The notes under the pieces are model-generated. The model had not been told where the DNA came from. It saw only the letters and a list, made by a program, of their open reading frames with translations, and ran no database searches. A DNA stretch of 64,000 nucleotides, taken from Lepidodermella squamata. Its lineage: Eukaryota; Animalia; Gastrotricha. The translations under genes were made by a program, and so were the position numbers. Below, piece after piece: positions 50,284-63,445 of the stretch (positions within the stretch are counted from its first letter, which is position 1; each line of letters begins with the position of its first letter). Location of the stretch: the NCBI GenBank assembly GCA_047495785.1, contig JBLDXI010000020.1, positions 2,232,001-2,296,000 on the forward strand. Reading direction: 5' to 3'.

Positions 50284-50648
50284 GGTACGGCGACAAAACA
50301 GCAACTTCGCAGAACAGCAAATTATTTATTTATTTATATATCGTTAGCGGCGCGCCGAAACAACCACTTAGATGAGTCCATTCGATCGTACTTTAAGTCG
50401 TCGAGCGTAATATGATGAAGTACGATAGGCCATTTGAGCACTGATTTTTTCTTCTCTCGATCGTACTATCAATATAAAATCTATAAGTAAATAGTGAAGT
50501 GGTTGTTTTGGCGCGGCGCTAACGATATACAAAACAGCGAAAACTTGCTATTTAAAAGATGCATCGTGTTTCTGCTGTTATGTCGCTCGCTGAAAAATTT
50601 GCTGTTTTGTCGCATTGGCTGTTTTGGGTATTTGCTGTTATGACGATG
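50284..50648. mobile_element. Copy of the aaacagca MITE with a nested inverted-repeat insertion (~50337-50529)
   Basis: Outer parts match 38778-38968. The inner atatcgttagcggcgcgccgaaacaaccactt and aagtggttgttttggcgcggcgctaacgatat are inverted. Confidence 0.65.
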
Positions 50649-51248
50649 TGCGTAAACATTCATAAAATGCGGACATCGAATTAGACTGCTTGGACCTGAT
50701 ATTTTGCTACTTTTGTATTCGGTATGACATCATGGCCCAAAGCTCGACGCTGTAACCGGTAATCGAAACGCTGGTGCCAGCGATTTATGTGATCGATCGA
50801 TTTGTAATTAGTTCAGATTTTTACTCCAGGGCAATGAGCAAATCGCCTGCCCTATGGCCCCCATTGCGTTTCATGTTTTACATGGCGAGTGAGCACTCTA
50901 TTAGCTCTATGATGAAAAGCAAGAACTCCATAGATAACATTCGTTGTTTTATTTTTCCAACTTTTTCAAGACACAGATTTTTGACAAAAATCGGATGTCG
51001 CATTGATGGCGAGCAAATCATAACAAACTAAAGCGAAAAAACAAGCAGTGTATCTTCAAAGAGCTCGCGTTTATAATCGAATTCACAGCCATGGTTTTCG
51101 TAGTAATTGCAAATATTTTTTAAATTATCCAGCACGGCGATTTGTTGTAATATTTCAATTTGAAAGCTCGAAGATCATCAACAGAAATACTGAAATTAAA
51201 TTCGTAATTAAAATTAATTGATTTTTTATTCAAAGCTATGACGGATTA

Positions 51249-54200
51249 TTATTTTCCGGTAATAATGTGATCGACCGTGACGAGGCCAATAGCAACCACT
51301 GCCCAGGCGCAGACAAGAATCAGCCATACGATGTGGCCGAAGGGTGACTTATGCGGGTTTTTCGCGGCGACATTCGCTGCGCTGGGCAGAACTTTGACCA
51401 GCTCCGCCAGTCGTTTCCGGCCGAAATACACCAAAGCAGCTGGTATCAGGTATTGAACAAACGCGCCGGCATATGAGCCGGTTATGCCGACTAGCAGCGA
51501 CACATTGTCGGTGATCAGGGCCAGGGCGACCGGGGGCAACAGAGCGACGAGGGGCAGGATGATTCGCTCGACGTAGAATGGCAACTTGTGGCGATCTGGT
51601 GGGCGCAGAGTTGGCGGGGGCAGATCGGCGGGGCTTGCCAAGGCATCAGTGGCCTGAAATGTCATTAAAAATCAAAATAATTAGTAAAGAACGGCTAACG
51701 GTAATGTCTTTGAATTACCAATTCGGAGAAATTCCCAGGATAATTTTAAAATTTTAACTTTTAACGCAAAAATTCATCCTCTGCATCCCTAAACGAAAAT
51801 TCGAAGGTGTAAACGTGTTTACAAATAATTTTGATGATCGCAGAAATCACTAGCATGTGACATAAAAAATCTGGCTTGGCGAAATGCTCAGGTGTTGGTT
51901 ACGAAATTCGAAAAATTCGAAGTTGGCACTAATTGACGTTAAAATGGGTCACACGACTAAAACTCATCAAATTTACTAATGTTTTCCTGTGGCGAAAGAA
52001 TAATTAATTTTCAGATGTCAAAATAAGCCATAAAATAAGCTCAGATACACACTGCTAATTTCAAGTAAAATTAAAAAATTAATAAATTAATTATTGTCCA
52101 GGACAAATGATTGCGATTTATTCGACTTTCAGAGCAAAACCTGTTTCGGTTTTTTCTGCCTTTCAACCCCCGCCGACTTCCAGTCCTGTTTAATCGTTGC
52201 ATCTTCGAATTCTTCTCGTCGAAACGCGCCTATCGTTCTATACATTTATTAGGACTGAAGGTTGGCTGTGCCCCTTATAATTGCTCGAAGTCTAGAAAAA
52301 TGCGATTTGAATAGCGTTTCCAGCCACTTTTAGGAATTTTTTGGACCAAACTACCGACGATACATTTATACGCAGCAAATCCCTAGCAACTTTCTAGCAA
52401 TATTAGTTTCATAAAATGTTGCTCCGTAGGGAGATATTAGCCTATAACCGACCCTAAAATATCAAACCGAAAGGTAATTTTTTTACTTTTTCAATCGAGG
52501 AAATCAAATCTCAGCAATTTTTTCTGCTACTAGATCTGACTTAACAGCCATGTCCCATCGACTACCTCTTTCGTTTTTATGACTTCTATGCTAGCGCGAT
52601 TTATATTTTCCGCATGGAATCAGAACCTGATGCGAACTATGCGCCCACTTGTTTAGCGCACGGGTGTCGAATTTCCGAAATTCGAAAATCGATTTTTGGC
52701 TTGACTGGAAAAATTCGGCCGTGAAAGGGTTAAGGCAAAAAATCAAAATTTCGATATAATATGTAAGGGTAAAGTAAAAAAGAAGCCATCACTTACCCCA
52801 GTTCCATAATCAGCGTGTTCGATAAGCAACGAGCCTTCGCCGCGGTTTCTCCGCCTTCGAAATGTTGAGATCAACGCGAGCACAAACGCGTGAATATTGT
52901 TTCGCAGCGTGATAGCAATAATCGGGAAACTAGCACTGATTGTGAAGACCGGAAACAGGGCGATAAAATATTGCAGCGGAACAAGGGCAGTGGCGGGCGC
53001 GGGGTTCGGGCCGCTGTCGCAGAAGCCAGGCCGGAAGTTGAGCGTATACAAACTTTCGATGTGGTCGAAGGCGAAAATGCCGGTTATAGCCAGGAGTAAG
53101 TAGAACAGCAGCACGACGATGAAATCTCCGGCCAGAAGCATGTTCACCTGGCGCTTCTGACGGATAGGCGTGATAAGAGACGGCAAGCTGTGGTGACACA
53201 TGAACGCGTAGACGGCTGAACCAAACAGCTGTGGCACCCCGCCAATTTCTCCTAAAATAACGAAAAAAATTAGATTATCGGCTCAAAAACTAGCAAAATA
53301 TTGGTTTACACAGCGTGTCCATATGTAACGCAAGCAAAGAAAATACACGCCGAACGAAAGTACGGGTGTTGCACTAAACATTTTGTACAGAATTTCCCTA
53401 ATCTCATTTCTATTTCAGCTGAGCTTTCCAACGATATTATGTCACCTGGATGTATGGCTCATAAATAAATAAAATAAAATAAATAAATAAACAAATAATT
53501 ACGGTTTCTACCTTCTTAACGGTTTATACATTACATTTCACATTACATCATCTTATATGTGTCGTACCGTTTTAAGCCATCCTCCCAAAAGGCAATTGGG
53601 ATAACCCATGAGGCAATATGCCCAAGATGGAGATATAAGATATCGCTAAGGACAATAATTGACAGTATCTAGAAACTCCGAATATTTTTTCTTGTAGCCT
53701 AAAAAGGTTGCTCACTGATTAAATTCCCAACTCACTGGGTTGATAGAGATATAGTGAAGCTTTCCCGAAGTTCAAGCGCCAAAAACCGACAAATAGATCA
53801 TAGTTGGCAGCTGAAACTTTTGCTGAACCTTCCAGGTTCAAGATAATGATCTTAGTTCCGACTGATTAATTTCGCCATCTGAAGCAATTGATCAGTCTAA
53901 AAAGTAAACCCAACCCCCTAGTTCACATAAATCGGATTTCATGGAGGTTGAAAGAGTCTCTAAGATCAACTTCTTTGGAAAAAAGGAATCCGAAATGTCA
54001 AGCTAGGTGAACCACATACTAGAACTGGGGAACCGGAATTGAGACTGCTAGGGTTGACATCCTTTAGGAAAATATAAATTTGAGTATTATTAGAAATTTC
54101 CAGCCATTAATGCCGAAAAATGATAATAAGTAGAGAATAAATTGAAAATACCAGGATTATCGGTCATCGATGTATCGTTTTGGGAAATAATTATTTTGGG

Positions 54201-57200
54201 AATTATTAATTTGCTTAAAAAGTGGATTTTTAGAGCAATTTCTCTTTAGGGTAACCCAATTGCCAATTGGGGCGGATTGCTCATAACGGTACGACATATG
54301 CATTGAACGTCGGCATATAACTTCACCTCATGATACCTAGGCGAGGCTCGCTGTTAGCCTCGCGCGTAAGTGTTGAGGGAGGACCGCGCTCACATGGCGC
54401 TATCCTGGGTCACTCGACGCACCTACAGATCCCTACACCCCTTCTAGAGCGTACAGCATACCCATGTATAATGTACCCTATCGTACCTCGAGCGTCAAGG
54501 GCCTCGAGCAACGGTTTCATATTGTCTACTCGAGTAGCATTTTTTTGTCTCACCAGTGGATTGCTAAACCACCGTCGGGCGTCAGCGGGCGTTGAACCCA
54601 CGACCTTATGCACATATAAGCTAGCTTCCTTATCCACTAGGCTAGTGCTCCCTAAATTGGTTGAGTAATCCACAAACACTTAATCGCATGAAGCTCAGTA
54701 TGATGAGAGCTTTCTCAACATACACCGATGGACTACGTGACGAAGAAGACCATCGAGTGGCTCTGCTGCTCAAGAAATGGTCTACGACAATCTCTTGGGA
54801 ATTCCATCCTGCCACAAAGAGCGAACGTGTGTCAAAGATGGGCTCAGTTAACGCTGTTGCCGTAATGCTCCTGCACCGATGCAAGTCTGCAGCCGGGGTA
54901 GAGCCGATGATCAGGTCAGGAATTCTGCCGGAATTTGCTCGCACCCCAAGGGACGTTGTCAACCATCACACTTGGGCGGATTTCGACCCGACTGACCGGA
55001 TTACTATTGATTGACGAGCTTAAAGACTAAGTAGGTTAATTGCTCTGCCGAGACTGAGGCAATCGATTTAAAATTCGTCAACCCGATCTACTAGTTGATT
55101 TAAAAAAATAACGGTTTATAAATCCTATTTATTCATTCCCCACTTTGGGAGAAAATATCTTTCTTTTAATCTCGTCGAACGTTGCTGCCGGTTCATCTCA
55201 ACATGAGCGGTTTATTCCTGCTGAAAGTCTCGTCTCGGTAGGGTGGACGAACAAAAGCTCGTTTTTGTCGATTTTCGCACTTAGTGAGGCTGAGTTAGCC
55301 GATCTCAACAACCGTTTGAGCGCCATTAAGGTCGATGCCGAATTCAATGCATCCGTAACCAGGATTTCTTGGAACTACAAGATTTCTACTATGGCGTTAC
55401 TTTCTTACGTCCAATCGCCGGCGATCCTGGGCCAATTCGTGCCATGCTGCTACTTTTATGTAACCACCGAACGATTCCTCGCCATCTGCTCTATTTTAAT
55501 CGAGGCAGCTGCGTATATATCAGCCGCTTTTACCTGCATCATTTCCCAAGATTTCAGCTTACCTGCGGTCGCTGCTACTCTGGCTTCCTCATCTTTTAAT
55601 CGTGTTCGCATTACCGTTGCGAACATTTGCAAATGACTTTTATCGACAGGGGCAGTGCCAAAGATAATCGATTTCTGAATTAGGACTGATTTCTAATCCT
55701 CGAAAAACAAGGCTTCGTCCAAAACTACTCTCCCCTACGGTACGACCGGACCCCTACGGTGCATGCATTTTTTGGGTGGACTTATATCAGCCTAAGCCGT
55801 AAACCCTGCTACTGGATCTCTTGACCTGCAATTACCCTGTTCTGCTTGAAACCCTTGATTACCGCGCGTAAATGGCTCGTATTTTTGTTGCTCTTCCAGG
55901 TTTATCCAGCTTTGCCTTTCTGCCGGCTGAGCCTTGATCTGCCTTGACACCGTCCCGGTGCACCGATTCAACGATAACACGAAGTTGCCGACAAACAATA
56001 CAAATTGTTATACCTAATCTACAAAACCGAAAAATCCCGTAAGGCAAGAAAAAATCGTCCTAACTCAGGGCCTCTCGAACTGGGGGTCGCAAGTCCGTTT
56101 TCTGATTTTTATATAACTTGAAAATTGCACAGATTTTGTTTATTTCGAGTCACTCTTCCAGTAGAAATCTTCATTAAAGCGTCTGCTAAAGCTCGCGTCT
56201 AATTCAACTGGACTGAAAGCCGATTGAAAATGCCAGTTCACGGATATAGGCTGAAAAATATAGCCAACATTTATTGTAAATTGGGTGCTATTTTATAGTT
56301 TGGATGCAGAATTTCGGAATTTTGAGCATTTTTTCTCACACCGAAAAGCGATAAAAAATAGAAATAAAAAATAGCCTGGTACAAATTTAGATTGTGGGGT
56401 CGCCAAGGTTTAGGCGTTGGGAAGTCCTGTCCTAGCTGGTTAAGTTTGGAGCCCTCGATAGCATGGATATCGCGCATTTTTCACTGTAAGAAAATGACAA
56501 AAATTACCTGCAACCGGCTTTCCGTGACCACCTCCCGGTGAAGTGAGAACCAAACAGGCTAATGAGATCATTGCCAGAAGGGACGCCCATCTCAGCACAG
56601 TCGTAGCGATTTGAATCAACATAGTCTTCTGAACATTGAAAAACGCAAATGGCCCGAGGCATAGCGTGAAGGCCGCAACATAGATGCGATACACGTCGAA
56701 CCGGCTCAAATAGACACCCTCCCAACACGGGTCGCTCATTGTCAGGTTGGCATCGGCCGAACTCGTTGAGCAGTTGCCAGATGAAGACGAATTGTCACCA
56801 GTCCACGAGCAAGTCACCCTGAGCAGAGACGTAGGTACAGCAGTCGCATAAATCGCTAAATCTCCGTATAAATAAACAGCCATCGATAGGTAGAAAAGCG
56901 CCTGGCCAACGCGGCCGAAGAAAATGGTCGATAACCGTCCGAGTTCGACTCGACTGCGAATTTCAAATGGGGTCCATGCGCTGGCCGGATCTTCCAAGGG
57001 GCGCGGGTCACTAACCGCCGAGGAAGTTCGCCGCATCGGGCTTCGCTCGTCGACCAGCTCCGGGTCGCTTTCATCACCCGCCTTAACGCCGGTGCCGCCG
57101 TCTTCTCGAGCGGCCTCCTCGCGACGCTTTCGCAGATAGATCACCGCATTTCCGATCGCCATTGCTTCGACGACGTAAGTTGCGGTGACGTATGCGATCA

Positions 57201-59382
57201 GAGCGATTAGGCATAGCATAATTGCGCTGATTACGTAGCCAGCTTCCTTAAAAGCATACGGGAGCGCCAAAGCACCTAATAAAGATGAAAAATTAGTAAA
57301 CTAGTTTACGGAGAAGGAAATTAGAATGAGCATTTGATTTGTTTGTTTTAGCCACGGCGGGCTCGCAATCCTGTCTAGCGTACCAAAGAGCCACCCACTA
57401 CCGTAAAATCCAAACACATTTTAAATCCCTCAATCACTAATATCTCGCCCTTTGAGGATTAAAGCTCACGAAGACAAGGAAATCAGCTCAGTGGTTGTTT
57501 TGGGCTCGAATTTGGAAAACATCAATAAGAACTTCTAAACCAGCGAAACCAGTCATTGGCCGTAATACCGCCTAGTCCGATAGAAGCAATTCGAATGGCT
57601 ATTTTGTAAGGTAATCAGTTGGCGGCTAGCAACAAAACAGCAAATATACGCCATGAAATTTCTCTCGCTTTGACTGCCAAAACTATTCTGTGAGATCCGA
57701 TATTTGAACCCAAATCTTGGAGCTGTCAAAGTGTATGTATAGTATGTGCGCGAAAATTGCTGCTCAATTCCGGGCCCATCGTAGTTCCGTCCGGCGCGCG
57801 CGCGTCGGTTGCGCAATTGGAGGGTAAAAGTGGACTTGGCGCAAAACGCTAAGTCGAAATTTTCATCAAATCCAGAGCCGCGCGCGCTAATGTCAAAAGA
57901 CTAGTTTAGATTTTTTGGGCGGTTTTTACACCAAAATGAAGAGGAGGCAATTCTCTGTCAAATGATATCTGCTTCTAGCGTGATAAAATTAAAGAAAATA
58001 ATTGTTACGTGTATCTCAAGTTTTGAGAAGCGAGTATGCGCGCTCATAAACTGGCGCGCAAAATCTAAGGTGCGCGTAAAACTTTTTTAGTTTAATTTTT
58101 TCGCGCGAGAACTCCATATTCAATCGCTAGAGAATTGTTTGAATTATTTTTTGGTAAAAAAAACCGACGTGAAATTTGAAAGTAACCCTTTAGCATCTTC
58201 GCGCGCGGTGAATAATTTGTTAAAAATCAGAACTTGGCTCACGCGCATCAGTTTCATTGATTTTTAACATGTTTAATACCGCGTGCGCTGATGTCAAAAG
58301 GCTACTTTTGAATATCTCGGCGGTTTTTATACCAAAAAATAATTCAAACAATTCTCTATCGATTGAATATGGAGTTCTCGCGCGAAAAAAATAAACTAAA
58401 AAAGTTTTACGCGCACCTTAAATTTAGCGCGCCAGTTTATGAGCGCGCGCACTCGCTTCTCAAAAGTAAAGACGCGCGGAAACCTTCTTTATTTTAGTTT
58501 TTCGCGCGAGAAACCATTTTCAATCGATAGAATATTATTTGAATTATTTTTTGGTATAAAAACCGCCGAGATATTCAAAAGTAGCCCTTTGACATCAGCG
58601 CACGCGACGTTGAAATTCATCAAAATTTCGACTTAGCGTTTTGCGCCAAGTCCACTTTTACCCTCCAATTGCGCAACCGACGCGCGCGCGCCGGACGGAA
58701 CTACGATGGGCCCGGAATTGAGCAAAATTGCTATTCGTCAAAATGAAATTTCTAAAATCAATTATTTTCTCCGATCAGTCTAATTTTTTGCGTGCCCCGA
58801 GAACTTTGAATTTTCGATTGTTTCGCCACAATCTGGGTTCGATTTCTGGCTCTAATCCAAATTTTTCACAGTTTTTTTTAAATTGATTCCTGTGCAATCC
58901 ATGATTTTTCGAGCCATGAATTTGGTGCCACTTTCGCCAATGCCCAATTTCTCGCCCGCAGCGAATTAAGGCACGCTCGAGGTGTGGCATTTTCATCATT
59001 TTAGGCATAAATATGTACGAGAACGATCCGAAATGCCACAAAATGAAGGTTAACCGAAATCGCGGAATTTTCGCTCAAAATTTTCAACGAGAATTAAAAA
59101 ATCCGGAGAAATAACGTTCAACCAAGTAAAATGCTGATAATTTTGTCCGAGGATCAGCAGCTAATACCGAGGCCTGTTGCTCAAACCTTTCTACCTATTC
59201 CTAATCTTGTAATCTTGCGAGTTGTGGCGCAATAAACATTTCAACGTTTATTGAAGAAAAGGCGCGTCCCTTTCATTGAAAAATCATAACAAACCTGTTC
59301 CAATGATGAGGTTGAACACCATAATAAGGCCGACCCCAGCATGGTAGGTCGACCCCGTCTCCGTCAGTGTGTCCTGCGGCAT
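51249..59382 (-). CDS. TMEM104: Transmembrane protein 104 (SLC38/amino-acid transporter family), 4 coding exons
   Basis: MPQDTLTETGSTYHAGVGLIMVFNLIIGTG|ALALPYAF..VEAMAIGNA, YLYGDLAIYA, GPFAFFNVQKT, VYAFMCHHSLPSLITPI, LFPVFTISASFPIIAITLRNN and GITGSYAGAFVQYLIPA match TMEM104 motifs. Exons ~59382-59295, 57275-56508, 53251-52797, 51653-51249. Confidence 0.92.
53557..54298. mobile_element. Degenerate TIR element in a TMEM104 intron
   Basis: atgtgtcgtaccgttttaagccatcctcccaaaaggcaattgggataaccc is an imperfect inverse of gggtaacccaattgccaattggggcggattgctcataacggtacgacatat. Confidence 0.65.
54577..54651 (-). pseudogene. tRNA-like sequence (pseudo-tRNA or tRNA-derived SINE head)
   Basis: The minus strand has A-box-like TAGCCTAGTGGATAAGG and B-box-like GGTCGTGGGTTCAACGCCC at tRNA spacing. 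Acceptor and anticodon stems pair poorly. Confidence 0.45.
57762..58723. mobile_element. Non-autonomous Mutator-like (MULE/foldback) element, 962 bp, in TMEM104 intron 1
   Basis: ~100-bp near-perfect TIRs (gctcaattccgggcccatcgtagttccgtccggcgcgcgcgcg...) and internal inverted modules. Perfect 9-bp TSD aaaattgct (57753-57761, 58724-58732). Confidence 0.92.
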
Positions 59383-59507
59383 TACTTCAGCTTGCTAAAC
59401 TATCACATCAAAACTCCTAAAAAAACAGGCAACAAATAAATCGCATGAAATCGGTATTTTCAAAGCTAAAAGAAACCAGGCTGAGTTCAATTAAAAGACA
59501 AAATTCT

Positions 59508-60570
59508 TCACCACGAAGATGTGTTTTGGCGAATTACAATCATGAGCAACTTATTCAGATCATTATCGGCGACGAGTTGTTGCGGCAAACACGAAACGTC
59601 ACGCACACATTTCGCCAGCGTTAACAAATACGAATCCGATAATCGAGAAATTTGCGACGAGGAAACGAAATTCTGCAGAATCGAACGAAGTTCCAACGCG
59701 ATTAGGCCATTCAAATTCTCCGACTTGTCACGCGACCCCGCATGCATTCCAGCAGCAACCACCGTGGTCAACATCCGGCTCAATAAATCAACCCCATCTT
59801 CCGGCTGTGATTTATGCAACTCATAAAGCCGGACAGCCATATTCAAAAACGGCAAATTTGATGACGACGGAATTGAGGTGGAGAGTAGACCGGTGCTAGC
59901 TGAATAAATCGACTCCCAAATTTGGGCACATTTCGGCTCGAACAAATGTTTACAATTCGGCCCGCTCAACAGTTCGCAAACGATTGAATCAGCTGCCTCT
60001 CGAGCTGATGGTACATCACTAGGCCGGGATGCCCAGGACAAGGCTGAAATTAGCAGCCACTCCCTCCGACAACCCTGCATGTCATAGTCGTTTTGTTTGA
60101 TTGTCTTGGCCAATGCGAAGACTCGATTCGACTCGGCAATGCAAAGCTCTGCGTAGCTTTCCGGTAGATTAAGGCGGTTGCACAGATCTAGCGCTCGGTC
60201 TAGACTTTCTGGGAAGCGATTAACGGCCCGTCGAATGAGGTATGACGCCAGTTCGGGTCCACTTGGGTTACTCGATCGTTTGTTGCCGTAATTATCGCCT
60301 GTAATTATCACAGGATTCGTTTCGGATAGATAACCGGCTGAAATCGGCCATAAATCGCAGTCATTCGCCAGCGAAAGTGCGTATTCGAGAACGGCGAAAT
60401 TTCGCATCTCTGACAACATGTGAAAGGTCAGTTGCTGCTGAACGGGTGCTTTCGAGGCGGATAGAGTGACTGTGCTAGAGACGATCCAGCCGCCTTGTTC
60501 TAATACGGAACCGGATAAGTAGAGTAAATCCATCAGATGAGCCAATAACCACCAATTACTGAAGTTTTCA
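59508..60570 (-). CDS. NUP85: Nuclear pore complex protein Nup85, last exon (5' exons not found in the window)
   Basis: NFSNWWLLAHLMDLL...SEMRNFAVLEYALSLANDCDLWPISAGYL resembles Nup85 SNWWFVAHLTDLL...[28 protein letters not shown]. Acceptor ataatttcag lies just upstream of 60570. Confidence 0.8.
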
Positions 60571-60664
60571 CTGAAATTATCGAAAAAAACAACATTTAGA
60601 CTTGAGGATATTTTTACATTAATCAAAGCTCAAATAAATCCGACTTTTATTTCATCGATGAAAA

Positions 60665-63232
60665 GAAGGTAGGGTAGTTCCGCACAGGTAGTTCCGCACA
60701 GTAAAAAATCATATCATTAGTGTGTAATTTATTGGTTAATTGCGCACAAAGCGAGACTGGTAAGTTCCGCACAAGACTTTTCCGCACACAAAAACTTCCG
60801 CTCATAGAGATTAGAAAGCCGAAAAGAAGTGAATTGACGCGCGTCCAAGCACTTGAGACAAAAAGAGGGATGAACTGAATAAATAAACTGATGCTAAACG
60901 TGGCTAACAATCCAGATAGACCGCCCTCGGGAAATAAGATCCGCACAATTGAAGTTGTTGAAATCGTAACCAGAATAGCAGTCTATCATATTCTACGTCA
61001 TCTAATTAACCATGTCGCGCTCATTGTGATCCAACAAACAGATTAAAGATTTTGACGCTCTACCCCCAAGAACACGTCGAGCAAAACAGAAGGCTGATGT
61101 GGCAGTGCTAGCAGTCGCAGATGTACCCCCACCACCGCTTGAACTCGCGGACCAACCACCGTCTGTGCTCGTTGATTTGAACGTCGTGCTCGACATTCCG
61201 GGCCTTGCCGAAAAAGAATTGTTCCCACCTCCACCTGCTCCCGCGCGGCAGTTGCAGTCGAAGCCCCTGGTATTGTTGCAGAGAATAATGCTGTCTTGAC
61301 TCAGCTCGAAAATCAGCCGCCGATGGCCGAGGGTGACGACGAGCGTCTCGCATCGCCTCCACCATGGGCACCACAACCGAGAGAAGAGCCTAACCCTTTT
61401 GTGCCCCAACCGCCGCCGCTGGAGCCGCAGGAACAACCTCAGCAGCTAGCCCAGTCTACAATGTCTACCTCCAGTTCAACCACAGGCGCAACTTCAAGAA
61501 CAACAGCCTCAACAGCACGCGCTTATGATGATGATGATGCAGTTTTTTGCACAGGTGAAATTTAAAATTAAATCTAAAAATTCTGCGAACTTTATACGAA
61601 CGACGAATCCACCTCAAATTTTCATTATTTTTATTTTCGAATATTTACCCACAATTTTGACAAACGCACATCCTTAATTTGAGACTAAAACGCTAGATTT
61701 CCCCAAAATATTTGAAACAAAAGAAAAAATTCGAAATTTAGACAAATTATTAAAAAGAATTCGAAAAATTGAAATGAAAGCAAAATTTTCTCTGAATGAT
61801 GACGTCGAAGAGCAATAAAAATATAATTAAAAATAAAATGTTAATCTAATTTGAAAAGGCATTTCCTCAGCAGCAACTGCCGATGGCACCTCAGGAACCG
61901 CTTCAACCTCAACTTCAACCACAGGCTCCTCAACCGCAGGCACCCATCCCGCCGCCGGAACCCATCCCACCGCCGGAACCCGAAGGAGAAAGGGTTCTTT
62001 GCCACTACCTGAACACTAAACGGACTGAGTTGCCGTTAGCGATGGTCATTGCTACCGAAAGTACCGCTCGCTGCGATGATTTCGACCATTGGGAAACGAT
62101 TTCTGCGATCGATGATGATGCTTTCATTTGAGTTTTTTCATGTTTTCGCAACCGATTCTGATCTTTTCCGACTAGCGGAGTCAGATCGGTGGTTCCTAGA
62201 CGGCACTTTTAAGGTGGTTCTTAATAAACTCGGGTTTTATCAATTATTTACGATTCACGTCATTTTCTCAAGAAGGAGATTCGCGACCTGGTTAACCGCT
62301 GAGAGTTGCTAAGATCACCTGCGATTTTGAAACCGGCCTTCTTGCAGCTATCAGAGCCAAATTCGTGGACGTCGCGATAAAAGGCTGTTTATTTCACTTC
62401 AAACAGTGCTTGCTTCGATGGGTAAACAACCACGGCTTGAAGACAGAGTATGGGGTAAATGGCTCTTTAGTTCGGCGAGTTGTTAGGCGCACTATGTGTC
62501 TCGCCTTGCTTCCCCAGAACTTGTTCCGGCTTTTGAGCAGATCAAGTTGATGGTTCCTGCCAATGCTGATCCGAACCTGAAACTGTTTCTAAGGTATTTT
62601 GAAGACTTCTGGATTGAGAAAATTTGCATCGCTGTCTGGAACGTTCATCGGGAAGATATTCGAACGAATAACTTCGTCGAAGGTACAAGATTTTTTTGCT
62701 ACATTTTCGCCTACTAATTTGAAAATTCCCAAGGTTGGAACTACCGTATTCAGAAGCTGGCTAATGGCATTCACCTCGGCATTTGGCGCCTATCAGAACT
62801 CCTCATTCGTGAGGAGCAAATCACCCGAGCGAACCTATCCAAACCGCCGAAAGTCCGTCGCCGCCTAGCTTACATTCGTGTTCACGACCGCCTTAACAGC
62901 TTATTCGATCAACTAGATTCGGGCGAATTAGGCTTCATGGCCTTTCTCGATTCTACGAGCTACAGCATGGCCGACATCAAGGAGGTCCTACCCGACTCGG
63001 AAGAAGATTGGGACATCGCCGCTGCTCGGGTGCAGGCTGCAATGGCCGATGATGGCTGGGTTGAGGCGATCGAAGAAGTCGAAGCCGCTTTTGCTGCTAA
63101 TTAACCATATTTTACATATTAGTTGACTAATTAGTAATTAATCACTGATACATTTCAAGGTAATAGCGATGGCAATAAAAATGTGCGGAACTTGGGTTGT
63201 GCGGAAGTACCTGTGCGGAAGTACCTTGACAC
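60665..63232 (+). mobile_element. Mutator (MULE) DNA transposon with decayed transposase, apparently inside a NUP85 intron
   Basis: TIRs built of ggtagttccgcaca / tgtgcggaagtacc, flanked by the 9-10 bp duplication cgatgaaaa(g) (60656, 63233). Transposase motifs WFLDGTFK, CDFETGLLAAI, GCLFHFKQC and WNVHREDIRTNNFVEG lie in broken frames (62130-63100). Confidence 0.9.
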
Positions 63233-63445
63233 CGATGAAAAGTAAAAAGTGGATTTTGGCAAATTTTCTGAATTTTCCGTAATCTCGAAATCTCGATCGA
63301 TGCTTAGCCATTCCCATTTGCCGAAAAATTGTCAAGTAAATTTTTATTTCCAAGCCTTATAGGCTCAAATGATCTTCCTTAAAGACAGAAAACGTCTTGC
63401 CACTTTTGGTAAGATGTGGGACAGTTCCATCGAAATTTTTGAATA

